A stretch of DNA of 32,000 bases from Bacillus subtilis subsp. subtilis str. 168 (GTDB lineage Bacteria; Bacillota; Bacilli; Bacillales; Bacillaceae). The stretch spans positions 2,970,001 through 3,002,000 of the forward strand of contig NC_000964.3 in the NCBI RefSeq assembly GCF_000009045.1. The letters run 5' to 3'. Positions 1-10,987 of this stretch are shown one piece after another (the first letter of the stretch is position 1; each line of letters starts with the position of its first letter). A program made the position numbers and the translations under genes. The notes under the pieces were generated by a model. It saw only the letters and a program-made list of their open reading frames with translations. It was not told where the DNA came from and did not search any database.

Positions 1-37
1 GGCAGGAAGCCTGACAATTTTAAAGGAGGAAATAAAC

Positions 38-880
38 ATGACAACACATTTACAAGCAAAAGCAACACTTCATAATGGGGTAGAAATGCCTTGGTTCGGC
101 CTCGGCGTGTTCCAAGTGGAAGAAGGATCTGAACTGGTAAACGCAGTTAAAACTGCCATTGTTCACGGGTACCGCAGTATTGATACTGCAGCAATCTATG
201 GAAATGAAGCTGGAGTCGGAGAAGGGATTCGGGAAGGCATTGAAGAAGCAGGCATTTCAAGAGAGGATCTGTTTATCACATCGAAAGTATGGAATGCGGA
301 TTTAGGCTACGAAGAAACACTCGCCGCGTTTGAAACAAGTCTGTCCAAACTCGGTCTGGATTATTTGGATCTATACCTCATCCACTGGCCTGTAGAAGGA
401 AAGTATAAAGAAGCTTGGAGAGCGCTTGAAACGCTGTATAAAGAAGGCCGTATCAAAGCGATTGGCGTAAGCAACTTCCAAATTCACCATCTTGAAGATC
501 TGATGACGGCAGCTGAAATTAAGCCTATGATTAACCAAGTGGAATTTCACCCGCGCCTCACACAAAAAGAGTTGATAAGATACTGCCAAAATCAGGGCAT
601 CCAGATGGAGGCTTGGTCACCTTTAATGCAGGGACAGCTGCTGGATCACCCTGTATTGGCTGACATCGCTCAAACATATAATAAATCTGTCGCACAAATT
701 ATTTTGCGCTGGGATCTGCAGCATGGCATTATAACGATTCCTAAATCAACGAAGGAACACCGCATTAAAGAAAATGCAAGCGTATTTGACTTTGAATTAA
801 CGCAGGATGACATGAACCGAATCGATGCACTGAATGAAAACTTGCGCGTCGGTCCTGATCCGGACAACTTTGATTTTTAA
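38..880 (+). CDS. ytbE: Aldo/keto reductase family oxidoreductase (YtbE)
   Basis: 280 aa ORF; AKR motifs (GVFQVEEG, DTAAIYGNEAGVG, LDLYLIHWPV, GVSNF, IPKS); strong SD taaaggaggaaataaac before ATG at 38. Confidence 0.95.
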   Translation: MTTHLQAKATLHNGVEMPWFGLGVFQVEEGSELVNAVKTAIVHGYRSIDTAAIYGNEAGVGEGIREGIEEAGISREDLFITSKVWNADLGYEETLAAFETSLSKLGLDYLDLYLIHWPVEGKYKEAWRALETLYKEGRIKAIGVSNFQIHHLEDLMTAAEIKPMINQVEFHPRLTQKELIRYCQNQGIQMEAWSPLMQGQLLDHPVLADIAQTYNKSVAQIILRWDLQHGIITIPKSTKEHRIKENASVFDFELTQDDMNRIDALNENLRVGPDPDNFDF

Positions 881-884
881 TGGC

Positions 885-919
885 CAAAAAACACCGTTCA
901 ATATGAACGGTGTTTTTTG
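885..919. terminator. Bidirectional Rho-independent terminator between convergent ytbE and coaE
   Basis: Perfect 16-bp stem caaaaaacaccgttca (885-900) / tgaacggtgttttttg (904-919), 3-nt loop, with A/T runs at both sides. Confidence 0.93.
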
Positions 920-921
920 TA

Positions 922-1515
922 TTATGCCCAGCTGTTCATGATTTCATCAAGCTGCCTTTTGGTCTCTTCAAGCGTGCCGCTGTTATCAATGACTTGATCT
1001 GCTCTTGCTGTTTTTTCCTCTAAGGGCATTTGAGAGCGGATACGGCTGACTGCTTCTTCTTCTGTCAGCTGATTGCGCTTCATCAGACGTTCCAGTTGAA
1101 GCTCTTTTGTCACACTGACCACAATAATTTTATCAACCAATGATTCCAATTTGCTTTCGAACAATAGCGGGATATCCAATACAACAAATGCCTCCCGATT
1201 TGCAACGGCTTCATCACGGCGATTGAGCATTTCCTGCCTGACTGCGGGATGAACAATTGCATTTAAAGCGAGACGTTTTTGTTCATTTGTAAATACCAGC
1301 GCTCCAAGCTTTTTTCTATCTATATCGCCATTTGAGAGCAGTATGTCTTCACCGAATTCGTCAATGATTTGCCGGTAGGCCGGCATCCCTTTTTCTACCG
1401 CTTGTTTTGCAATGATATCTGCATCTATAACTGTTATTCCTTTTTCAATCAGCATATTGGCTACCGTGCTTTTGCCGCTAGCTATTCCTCCCGTTAAACC
1501 AATGACTAAGGTCAA
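922..1515 (-). CDS. coaE: Dephospho-CoA kinase
   Basis: P-loop [11 protein letters not shown] at N-terminus; start re-assigned to TTG (1515..1513) because aaaggagtggatctcTTG gives proper SD spacing while the track's upstream GTG overlaps the SD; 197 aa. Confidence 0.93.
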
Positions 1516-1530
1516 GAGATCCACTCCTTT

Positions 1531-2163
1531 TTACAATTTCCAGAGCCCAATCGTGATTAATAGAAGCCCCGGCAAAAACGCCATTTTATCGATCCATTTC
1601 CACTTAGACAGAAAATGGCCGGCATTGATTCCAATTGATACAAACAGCGAGCTCATGATTGCCACGGCGATGCTCATCACAATCGGCGAAAAACCGAGAA
1701 TGGCTGCGCCTATACCTGCTCCAAAGGCATCAATCGATAAGGCAAATCCCAATAAGACCGCCTCAATTCCGTTGATCACACCCGATTTGTCGATATCCGC
1801 ACTCATGGGTTTTCTCAAAATATGAATCACAATTCCTAATGACCGAACCTCTAGATTAAGCAGTGTTTTTTCATGCAATAGGTATTCTTTATCTTTTGCC
1901 GGTTTGAAAAATTGATACAGAACCCACGCACCGATTCCAACCAATATCAAACCGCCAAGCTTCTCCGTCACATATACAGGAAAAAACTTCGTGAGAAAGC
2001 TTCCGATCAGCATGGATATAAACATGACAGCACCGGAACAGCAGGCGATAACCAAAATCGCTTTAAACGGTATTTTCATTTTTCTCAATCCGTACGTAAA
2101 TCCGACTGAAAAACTGTCCAAGCTGACAGCCAACGCCAGCAGCAGTATAGAAACCATTTGCAT
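1531..2163 (-). CDS. ytaF: Sporulation membrane protein YtaF (MntP/DUF204-like, two homologous halves)
   Basis: 210 aa multi-TM protein with repeated motifs ALAVSLDSFSVGFTYG and GFALSIDAFGAGIGAA; SD aggaagaaacggatATG. Confidence 0.9.
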   Translation of the reverse strand: MQMVSILLLALAVSLDSFSVGFTYGLRKMKIPFKAILVIACCSGAVMFISMLIGSFLTKFFPVYVTEKLGGLILVGIGAWVLYQFFKPAKDKEYLLHEKTLLNLEVRSLGIVIHILRKPMSADIDKSGVINGIEAVLLGFALSIDAFGAGIGAAILGFSPIVMSIAVAIMSSLFVSIGINAGHFLSKWKWIDKMAFLPGLLLITIGLWKL

Positions 2164-2328
2164 ATCCGTTTCTTCCTTTCTGTTGGTGCTCTTGTATCAG
2201 ATGTGAAATGCCCGGGATTCATCACAATCATATATATGGGAAAGTGAAAAATCCGTGTTTCGAAAATGGCATCCTTAATCCAGAGTTACTGATATATGCA
2301 CCGACAGCTTGGACAATGAAGCATTATG

Positions 2329-3159
2329 CTACTTTTTTGTCTGGCACTTTGCGCAAAAATGCGTGCCTCTTCCTCCAACGACAATTTTCGAAATCATCGT
2401 TCCGCAATTTTTGCATGGCTCGTCTTTTTTTCCGTACACAAAATGCTGCAGCTGGAACATTCCGATTTCCCCTTGGGAGTTGATATATGAACGGACTGTG
2501 CTTCCGCCCGCATCAATCGCCTCCTGCAGAGTGTTTTTGATTTCAGCGTGAAGGGTTTTGATTGTTTTATCTGATAATTGATTTGCTTTTGTCTCGGGAT
2601 GGACACCCGCTCTGAAAAGAGCCTCATCCACATAAATGTTCCCGAGTCCAACTACCGTTTTTTGATCCAGTAGGGCAGTTTTGACAGCGCGGTTTGTTTT
2701 CGCAAGCCGGTCTTTTAAATACGCACTTGTAAATTCTTCTGCATCCGGCTCCGGCCCTAACTGAGAAAGCGGGAGCTCGCCCGCTTCTTCTCCCGGTTTA
2801 AATAAGTGCATGGTTCCAAATTTCCGCACATCCCTGTACCGGAGCTGGGTTCCATCCGTCATCGTGAATATGACATGCACGTGTTTATCGTCAGGCTCCT
2901 CGGCTTGATGAAGACCGTATTTTCCTTCCATTCGAAGGTGAGAAACCATAACATAATGATCTAAATGAAACAGTAAAAACTTTCCCCGTCTTCCGATGGA
3001 CTGTATCGTTTCTCCTGCTAGTTTTCGCGCAAATTCCTCCGGTTCGGCAGGCCGTTTGATGATATTCGGCCATCTGATCTCTACCGATTTGATTGTTTTT
3101 CCCTTTACAAGCCCGGTCAGAGTGCGCCGGACCGTCTCAACCTCTGGTAATTCCGGCAC
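2329..3159 (-). CDS. mutM: Formamidopyrimidine-DNA glycosylase (Fpg/MutM)
   Basis: PELPEVETVRRTL N-terminus with catalytic Pro2, C-terminal zinc finger CKNCGTMISKIVVGGRGTHFCAKC; start re-assigned to GTG (3159..3157) so that Pro is residue 2; 276 aa. Confidence 0.95.
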   Translation of the reverse strand: MPELPEVETVRRTLTGLVKGKTIKSVEIRWPNIIKRPAEPEEFARKLAGETIQSIGRRGKFLLFHLDHYVMVSHLRMEGKYGLHQAEEPDDKHVHVIFTMTDGTQLRYRDVRKFGTMHLFKPGEEAGELPLSQLGPEPDAEEFTSAYLKDRLAKTNRAVKTALLDQKTVVGLGNIYVDEALFRAGVHPETKANQLSDKTIKTLHAEIKNTLQEAIDAGGSTVRSYINSQGEIGMFQLQHFVYGKKDEPCKNCGTMISKIVVGGRGTHFCAKCQTKK

Positions 3160-3181
3160 ATCCATCACTTCCTATCTCTGT

Positions 3182-5824
3182 TTATTTCGCATCGTACCAA
3201 GATGGGCCTGATGCAAAGTCCACCTTTAACGGCACATCTAATGCAAGCGCATGCTCCATCACTTCAGGAACAAGCTTTTCAAGAATTTCAATTTCTTCCT
3301 TTGGCGCCTCAAAAATCAATTCATCGTGTACTTGAAGCAGAAGCCTTGCTTTCAACTGTTTTTCTTTCAGCTTGGCAGCCATGTCAATCATGGCTTTTTT
3401 GATAATATCAGCGGCGCTTCCTTGAATCGGCGTATTCATGGCCGTCCGCTCCGCAAAACTTCGGATATTAAAGTTCCGGCTCGTCAGCTCAGGGATGTAG
3501 CGGCGGCGATGCATAAGCGTTGTTACGTATCCTTTTTGTTTCGCTTCCTGTACTGAATCTTCCATGTACGCTTTTACGCCTTGGAAGCTTTCCAGATAGC
3601 GGTCGATAAATGCTCCCGCTTCCTTCCGGGTAATGCCGAGGTTCTGTGACAGACCGTAATCGCTGATCCCGTAAACAATGCCAAAGTTGACCGCTTTCGC
3701 CTGGCGTCTCATCGCAGATGTCACTTCATCCTTAGCGACATGGAACACATCCATTGCCGTTTTCGTGTGAATATCCATATCATTAGTAAAAGCTTCGATC
3801 AGATTTTCATCCTTTGAAATATGGGCAAGCACCCGCAGCTCGATTTGTGAATAATCGGCTGCAAAAATGAGCCAGTCTTTTTCAGACGGCACAAAAGCTT
3901 GGCGAATTTTCCGCCCTTCCTCAAGCCTGATCGGAATGTTTTGCAGGTTCGGATCAGTCGAGCTGAGACGGCCAGTTTGCGTTAAGGCCTGGTTAAATCG
4001 CGTGTGCACTTTATGCGAATCCGGTCTCGTCACCTTTAAAAGCCCTTCGATATATGTTGATTGAAGCTTGCCAATTTGTCTGTACTGTAAAATATAGTCG
4101 ACAATATCATGCTTGTCAGCCAGCTTTTCAAGCACATCGGCAGACGTAGAATAGCCTGTTTTCGTTTTCTTTACGACAGGAAGGCCGATCTTTTCAAATA
4201 AGATGACGCCTAGCTGTTTCGGAGAATTGATGTTAAACGGCTCTCCCGCAATCTCATGGATTTTTTCTTCATATTCCTTCAGCTTCGCACCCAGTTCTTC
4301 ACCCATCCGTTTTAAACGGTCAACATCGACCTTGACGCCAGTTGATTCCATTTCGCCAAGAATAAGCGCAAGAGGCATTTCCAGCTCTTCAAACAGTTCA
4401 AGCTGGTCGTTGTTTTCCAGCTCTTGAACGAGCTTTTCCCGAAGGCTTTGAATCGCTAACGCTTTTCGGCCAAGGTGCTCAGACAGTACGTCTTCTGACG
4501 GCACTGCCCGTTTTGCTCCTTTTCCATAAACTGATTCATCACTTGAAACGATATGCAGGCCGTAATCCTTAGCCACACTCGCAACGTCGTCATATGAATT
4601 GCCCGGGTTGATGATATAAGCCGCAAGGAGCGTATCAAACTCGGCTCCTTTCAGCTCAATGCCCTGCCAGCGCAAAGCGACAACGGCCCGCTTGCTGTCG
4701 AAGACCCATTTCTTCTGCTCGTCATTTTCCACCCATTCTTTAAACACCTCAGACTCAACGGCAATGTCTTTCGGAATGAAATAAGCTCCCGTTTCATTTA
4801 CGATCGAAAATCCGAGGATCGGCTCTTCATGATAATTATCGCCAATCTGTTCAACGACAAATGCGGATGGAGAAACCAATATATCGCTTGTCACGTCTGT
4901 GACTGTTTTGACATTAATGTCTTCCAACGATTGATCCTGTTCTGCTTCTGCACTGTCTTCTCCAAGCCGTTCAAGAAGCGTGTTGAAGCCAAGATCTTTA
5001 AAGATGGCAATGACCTGTTCACGATTAAAGCCTTGATATTCCAGGCCGGAAACAGATACCTCAATCGGAGCATCCGTCATAATTGTCGCAAGCTCCTTGC
5101 TCATCAATGCCTGATCCTTAAACTCCTCAAGCTTTTCCTTCAATTTCTTTCCGCTCACCTCGTCAATGGACTCCAGCAGCTTTTCAACGGAATCAAATTG
5201 TTTTAAAAGCTTAATCGCAGTCTTTTCTCCGACGCCGGGCACACCCGGAATATTATCTGAGGAATCGCCCATCAGACCCTTCATGTCAATGATTTGTTCA
5301 GGCGTAAGCCCATATTTCTCTTTGACATGCTCCGGTGTGTAAAATTCAACATCGGTAATTCCCTTTCTCGTAATGGCAACTGTCGTTTTGTCCGTTGCCA
5401 GCTGGGTTAAATCCTTATCTCCTGAGAAAACCTTAACTTCAAATCCGTCTTTTTCAGCCGATTTGGCCAGTGTGCCGATAATATCATCCGCTTCATATTG
5501 TTCCAGTTCATAGCGGCTGATCTGGTAGGCATCCAGCAGCTCGCGGATAAACGGCATTTGTTCGGAAAGCTCAGGCGGGGTTTTCTGTCTGCCGCCTTTA
5601 TATTCTTTAAATGTGCCGTGACGAAATGTTGTTTTCCCGGCATCAAACGCAACCAGCATGTGCGTCGGTTTTTCATCCTCAAGCATTTTCATCAAAATCA
5701 TCGCAAAGCCGTATACAGCATTCGTATGAACACCTTTATCATTGCTTAACAGCGGCAATGCAAAAAACGCCCGGTAAGCCAGACTGTTTCCGTCTACAAG
5801 CACTAATTTTTTTCGTTCCGTCAT
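3182..5824 (-). CDS. polA: DNA polymerase I
   Basis: 880 aa; 5' nuclease domain, polymerase motifs DYSQIELRVLAH, RRQAKAVNFGIVYG and QVHDELIFE. Confidence 0.98.
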   Translation of the reverse strand: MTERKKLVLVDGNSLAYRAFFALPLLSNDKGVHTNAVYGFAMILMKMLEDEKPTHMLVAFDAGKTTFRHGTFKEYKGGRQKTPPELSEQMPFIRELLDAYQISRYELEQYEADDIIGTLAKSAEKDGFEVKVFSGDKDLTQLATDKTTVAITRKGITDVEFYTPEHVKEKYGLTPEQIIDMKGLMGDSSDNIPGVPGVGEKTAIKLLKQFDSVEKLLESIDEVSGKKLKEKLEEFKDQALMSKELATIMTDAPIEVSVSGLEYQGFNREQVIAIFKDLGFNTLLERLGEDSAEAEQDQSLEDINVKTVTDVTSDILVSPSAFVVEQIGDNYHEEPILGFSIVNETGAYFIPKDIAVESEVFKEWVENDEQKKWVFDSKRAVVALRWQGIELKGAEFDTLLAAYIINPGNSYDDVASVAKDYGLHIVSSDESVYGKGAKRAVPSEDVLSEHLGRKALAIQSLREKLVQELENNDQLELFEELEMPLALILGEMESTGVKVDVDRLKRMGEELGAKLKEYEEKIHEIAGEPFNINSPKQLGVILFEKIGLPVVKKTKTGYSTSADVLEKLADKHDIVDYILQYRQIGKLQSTYIEGLLKVTRPDSHKVHTRFNQALTQTGRLSSTDPNLQNIPIRLEEGRKIRQAFVPSEKDWLIFAADYSQIELRVLAHISKDENLIEAFTNDMDIHTKTAMDVFHVAKDEVTSAMRRQAKAVNFGIVYGISDYGLSQNLGITRKEAGAFIDRYLESFQGVKAYMEDSVQEAKQKGYVTTLMHRRRYIPELTSRNFNIRSFAERTAMNTPIQGSAADIIKKAMIDMAAKLKEKQLKARLLLQVHDELIFEAPKEEIEILEKLVPEVMEHALALDVPLKVDFASGPSWYDAK

Positions 5825-5939
5825 TCAATTTCCTCCTAAGAAGCCTCAGGCTTCCATTCATCTCTTACATAGTCATTAGCTCCTCTTATTTTAACAAAGT
5901 TCAATTTGAAAGGAAAATACGTGAACTATAAGAGAAGAC

Positions 5940-5973
5940 ACAAAAAAGGACGGGAACACAAATAGGTTCCCGC
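5940..5973 (-). terminator. Putative Rho-independent terminator downstream of phoR
   Basis: cgggaac (5951-5957) / gttcccg (5966-5972), 8-nt loop; minus-strand reading continues ucCUUUUUUG. Confidence 0.7.
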
Positions 5974-6023
5974 CGTCAAAATTGGCTCCTTGGATGAAGG
6001 GGTTCTACTACATCCTACCAGCA

Positions 6024-6057
6024 TAGGTTTAACAGTGCATGAAGATATTGTTAAACC
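6024..6057. repeat. Perfect 10-bp inverted repeat in the phoR-polA intergenic region
   Basis: aggtttaaca (6024-6033) / tgttaaacct (6048-6057), 14-nt spacer, no following U-tract on the minus strand. Confidence 0.8.
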
Positions 6058-6067
6058 TTTGTAAACA

Positions 6068-7807
6068 TTAGGCGGACTTTTCAGCGGCCCGTTTCAGCGT
6101 CACGGTAAAGACAGTTCCCCGTCCAAGCTCGCTTGTGACATCAATTTTCCCTTCATGAGCCTCTATTAAATGCTTGACAATCGCTAGGCCCAGCCCGGTT
6201 CCGCCCGAATTTCTGCTTCTGTCTTTATCTACACGGTAAAAGCGTTCAAAGATGCGCGGAATTTCTTCTTTCTGAATTCCGATTCCAGAATCGGCAACCT
6301 CAATCTGAATGTCTTTTTCTCTGGGCTTTACATTGATAGCCACGGAGCCCCCCTCAGGCGTGTAGGTTAATGCATTGTTTACGAGATTAAGAAATACCTG
6401 TTTCAGCCTGTACGGGTCACCAGATACATATTGAGGGTCTTTCGGGACATTCAGGTGCAAGGAGATGCCTTTCTCATCCGCCTTATGCTTCAGAAGCGTT
6501 TCAATCTCACCAAGCATTTTGGCCGGCTCAAACGTTTCGATACTGAGCGTGAAATTTTGCTGCTCGATTTTTGAGAGATCGAGCAAATCCTGAACCAAAG
6601 ACTGAAGCCTTTCGCTTTCCTTAAGAATAATAGAGAGAAATTCAGAAAGCGCCTCTTTGTCTTCCATCGCCCCGTCCAATAACGTCTCCGTAAACCCTTT
6701 TATGGACGTAATCGGTGTTTTCAGCTCATGAGAAACATTGGCCACAAAATCCTTCCTCATCTGCTCTAATTTCTTCGTTTCCGTCATGTCATGGAAAACG
6801 AGCACAATTCCTTTCCATTCATCGTCCGGCCCCATAATCGGAACGCCGTCCACTTCAAAATAACGCCGTTCTATTTTGATCGGCAGTCTTAACAGCTTGC
6901 ATTTCTTTGTCTCCGTCATAAAAATGTCTTCGACAAGCTGGATCACTTCTTCATGTTCAAATGCATCGTGATAAAGACGGCGCAGCATATGATTCGGATT
7001 GATATGAAACTGCTTGGCGTAAGACCTGTTTACGAGATTAATAAAGCCTCTTCCGTCGATCATAATCAGCCCGGAGCCAATGTTTTCAATGACTGTCAGC
7101 AGCCGATCCCGCTGCATTTCCTGCGTTCGCGTCATTTCCATCAGATCAATGGCAAGGCTGTTCATCGCATGTCCTAGCTTATCAGAACGCCTAATATAGC
7201 CGCCGTACGTCCGTGCATCGTAGTTGCCCTTAGAGAGTTCTGTGGCTACATTTGTCGCTGACTCAATTGACCTTTTATAACGTGAGGTCATGCTGGAATA
7301 AAAATAAACAATGACGATAAATGCGGTACAAAGACTGGCCGTCAGCATCCCCCACAATTCGCCTTTTAAGCCGTCGCTTTTTTCAGAGGCGGAAAGCAGC
7401 ACATATCCTGTTTTTTCACCTTCGCTTCTAAGTGAAAGTCCGTAATAAAGCTTGTTATCTGTTGTTGACAGAATACCCTCATGGCCAGAAACAAGCGCCT
7501 GCACCTTTTGGGAATCAGCCGATCTACCGTTTGACCCATACAGCACCTTACCGTCTGTATCGATAACGGATGCGCTCACATCAAGCGCGCCGCCTGCATC
7601 TTTAATGATTTTCTCATTTGCTTGATTATTCAGATTGCCGGCATCAAGAAGCGAAGCCAAGTATTTTGCTTCTTTTTCAATGTGTTCCTCTGCTTTCCTT
7701 TGATCAGATGTTTCAAAAAGCTGCTGTAAAAACAGCCCGAGGACACAAAACACCAGAATCATACAGACAACGAATACAGAAAAAAGGCGCACACGGTATT
7801 TATTCAT
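6068..7807 (-). CDS. phoR: PhoR sensor histidine kinase (phosphate starvation response)
   Basis: 579 aa; HAMP-type segment, PAS-like region, His[18 protein letters not shown], HATPase N/G boxes ([32 protein letters not shown]). Confidence 0.96.
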
Positions 7808-8522
7808 TCATTTTTGGCTCCTCCAGTTTATACCCCAATCCCCTAATCGTTTTAATGTAGATCGGTTTTTTGGTATTGTTTTCAATTTTGTCGCGAAGAT
7901 GGCTGATGTGCACATCAACAATTCTCGTATCTCCGGCAAAATCATAATTCCAGACTGCGCTCAGCAGCAGGTCTCTTGTCAGAACTCTGCCTTTATGTCT
8001 GCCTAAATAGAGCAGCAGTTCGAATTCTTTCGGTGTCAGTTCAAGCTGACTTTCTTTAAAGTACGCTTCATAATGATCAGGCAGGATTTTCAGATCGCCG
8101 ATTACGATCTGGCCTTCCATTTCATCGTTCTTCATCTCACTAGAGGGCGCAGCTATTTCCGAACGCCTTAAAATCGCTTTGACTCTCGCATTTACTTCCC
8201 TTGGACTGAACGGCTTGGTCATATAATCATCAGCACCGAGCTCCAGCCCTAATACTTTGTCGAATTCCTCATCCTTCGCTGTCAGCATTAAAATGGGAAA
8301 CATCAGTTTTTGCTGTCTCAGCTGCTTGCATACTTCGATTCCGTCCAATTTTGGAAGCATCACATCAAGCACAATCAAATCAGGTTTCTCTGTTTCCGCT
8401 TTTTTGAGTGCTTCTTCCCCATCCGAGGCGGTAATGACATCATAGCCTGACCGTTCCAAATTGTACTGTAAAAGAGTAACAATAGATTCTTCATCATCCA
8501 CAACTAAAATTTTCTTGTTCAT
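7800..8522 (-). CDS. phoP: PhoP response regulator (OmpR family)
   Basis: 240 aa; receiver [14 protein letters not shown], winged-helix C-terminus [12 protein letters not shown]; overlaps phoR by 8 bp. Confidence 0.97.
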
Positions 8523-8668
8523 GCTGTGCCTCCAGTATTATAATTCCCCGACATCCTATTTCTCTATTTTATGTCATCTTAACATGTTTCATGATTTTAT
8601 TTTAGCGAAAGCAGGACATTCCGACAATTCGCCTTTTACATCATTTTTAAAAGAAATAAAGACGTTTA

Positions 8669-8682
8669 TGATAGCGCTTTCA
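8669..8682. promoter_or_regulatory. Candidate cre (CcpA-binding) site upstream of phoP
   Basis: Minus strand TGAAAGCGCTATCA fits TGWAARCGYTWNCW at all 14 positions; intergenic between mdh stop and phoP start. Confidence 0.75.
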
Positions 8683-8690
8683 TTTATAGT

Positions 8691-8728
8691 AAAAAGAGAA
8701 AGGCTGTATTAAGCAAGCCTTTCTCTCT
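8691..8728 (-). terminator. Rho-independent terminator downstream of mdh
   Basis: agagaaaggct (8695-8705) / agcctttctct (8716-8726), minus-strand reading followed by UUUUU. Confidence 0.88.
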
Positions 8729-8733
8729 TTTTA

Positions 8734-9672
8734 TTAGGATAATACTTTCATGACATTTTTGACAGATTCAACTGATTTATTCAGCTGCGCTCTTTCATAG
8801 TCTGTCAGTTCAAGTTCAATGATTTGCTCAAGACCGTTGCCGCCTACAATTGTAGGAACACCAAGGTAGATGCCTTCATAGCCGTATTCCCCTTCAAGAT
8901 AAGCAATTGTAGGAAGGACGCGGCGCTGATCTTTCAAGATCGCTTCGACCATTTCTGTCAGAGAAGCCGCAGGCGCATAATACGCGCTTCCGTTTCCAAG
9001 AAGATTCACGATTTCGCCTCCGCCTTTTCTAGTGCGCTCCACAATTGCGTCAATCCGTTCTTTCGGAATAAGAGTTTCAAGCGGGATACCGCCAGCATAA
9101 GAATAACGCACAAGCGGAACCATATCGTCACCGTGTCCGCCGAGTACGAAACCAGTCACATCTTTCACTGACAGGTTTAATTCCTCTGCCACAAATGTTC
9201 TGAATCTTGCCGTATCAAGCACACCTGACTGGCCGATTACACGCTCTTTAGGGAAGCCTGATTCTTTGTACACCGCGTATGTCATTGCATCAACAGGATT
9301 TGTCAGCACCACAATAATAGAGTCAGGAGAATATTTCACGATTTCCTGCGTAACGCTTCTCATAATCTTTTCGTTTGTAGAGACCAGATCATCTCTGCTC
9401 ATACCAGGTTTTCTTGCGATACCGGCTGTAATGACAACAATGTCAGAGCCGGCTGTATCCTCGTAATTGGATGTTCCCGTAATTTTTGCGTCAAAGCCTT
9501 GAACCGGGCTTGCTTCAAGCATATCAAGCGCTTTTCCCTTTGTCGGGTTCTCCAATTGCGGAATGTCAACAAGAACAACGTCTGCCAGCTCTTTTTGAGC
9601 GATTAAAAATGCAGTTGTAGCTCCGGTAAAACCTGCTCCGATAACAGAAACTTTTTTACGAGTATTTCCCAT
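8734..9672 (-). CDS. mdh: Malate dehydrogenase
   Basis: 312 aa; [18 protein letters not shown] nucleotide-binding motif, [38 protein letters not shown]. Confidence 0.97.
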   Translation of the reverse strand: MGNTRKKVSVIGAGFTGATTAFLIAQKELADVVLVDIPQLENPTKGKALDMLEASPVQGFDAKITGTSNYEDTAGSDIVVITAGIARKPGMSRDDLVSTNEKIMRSVTQEIVKYSPDSIIVVLTNPVDAMTYAVYKESGFPKERVIGQSGVLDTARFRTFVAEELNLSVKDVTGFVLGGHGDDMVPLVRYSYAGGIPLETLIPKERIDAIVERTRKGGGEIVNLLGNGSAYYAPAASLTEMVEAILKDQRRVLPTIAYLEGEYGYEGIYLGVPTIVGGNGLEQIIELELTDYERAQLNKSVESVKNVMKVLS

Positions 9673-9715
9673 GTCTCTCTTCTCCTTTATGGCTAGTTTT
9701 AGGCTTTTTCCTTGC

Positions 9716-10987
9716 TTAGTCCATGTTTTTGATCAGTTCTTCTCCGAACTCTGAACATTTCACTTCAGTCGCCCCGTCCATTAATCTGGCAAAATCGTAA
9801 GTTACGACTTTAGAAGCGATTGTTTTTTCCATAGATTTGATAACCAAATCAGCCGCTTCGTTCCATCCTAAATGCTCAAGAAGCAGAACGCCTGAAAGAA
9901 TAACTGAAGATGGGTTTACTTTATCAAGGCCTGCATATTTAGGAGCCGTTCCGTGCGTCGCCTCGAAAATCGCATGTCCTGTTTCGTAGTTGATGTTCGC
10001 TCCAGGAGCAATGCCGATTCCGCCGACTTGCGCAGCAAGAGCATCAGAAATGTAATCTCCGTTCAAGTTCATTGTCGCAACGACATCAAACTCGTTTGGA
10101 CGCGTTAAGATCTGCTGAAGGAAAATGTCAGCAATGCTGTCTTTGATAATGATTTTTCCTGCTGCTTCCGCTTCGCTTTGCGCTTTGTTGGCAGCGTCTT
10201 TTCCTTGTTCTTCAGCAATGCGGTCATATTGAGCCCATGTGAAGACTTTATCTCCGTATTCTTTTTCAGCAAGTTCATAGCCCCAGTTTTTGAAGGCGCC
10301 TTCTGTGAACTTCATGATGTTTCCTTTGTGAACAAGTGTTACAGATTTGCGGCCATGCTCGATCGCATAATCAATGGCAGCTCTGACCAAGCGGCTTGTT
10401 CCTTCTTCTGAAACAGGCTTAATGCCGATACCTGATGTCTCAGGGAAACGGATTTTATTGACGTTTAACTCATTTTGAAGGAAGCTGATAAGCTTTTGCA
10501 CTTCTTCAGAGCCTTTTGCATACTCGATGCCTGCGTAAATATCTTCTGTATTTTCACGGAAGATGACCATATCAGTATCTTCAGGGCGTTTTACCGGTGA
10601 CGGCACTCCAGTAAAGTATCTTACAGGTCTTAAGCAGACGAATAGGTCAAGCTCTTGTCTGAGCGCTACGTTCAAAGAACGGATACCGCCGCCGACAGGT
10701 GTCGTTAACGGGCCTTTAATCGCGATGAAATATTCGCGGATCACATCTAATGTTTCAGCAGGGAGCCACTCACCTGTTTTATTATAAGCCTTTTCTCCGG
10801 CGTAAACTTCTTTCCATGTAATTTTCTTTTCGCCTTTGTATGCTTTTTCTACTGCTGCTTCCAAAACCTTCGAAGCCGCGTTCCAAATATCAGGACCGGT
10901 TCCGTCTCCTTCGATAAATGGGATAATCGGGTTGTTTGGTACGTTTAATACTCCGTTAGAGACTGTAATTTTTTCACCTTGTGCCAC
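9716..10987 (-). CDS. icd: Isocitrate dehydrogenase (NADP+)
   Basis: 423 aa; [38 protein letters not shown]. Confidence 0.97.

Noticed and set aside
1412-1825. 137-aa plus-strand ORF across the coaE-ytaF junction
   Set aside because: Fully overlaps two well-supported minus-strand genes; no motif, typical shadow ORF.
2208-2551. Two plus-strand ORFs (91 and 80 aa) covering the mutM 3' end and ytaF-mutM gap
   Set aside because: Mostly antisense to the conserved mutM zinc-finger coding region; no SD or family resemblance.
4829-5206. 125-aa plus-strand ORF antisense to polA
   Set aside because: Composition typical of reverse-frame translation of the polA 5' part; no SD and entirely inside polA.
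8461-8712. 83-aa plus-strand ORF covering the phoP upstream region
   Set aside because: Overlaps phoP, its promoter region and the mdh terminator; better explained as regulatory DNA.
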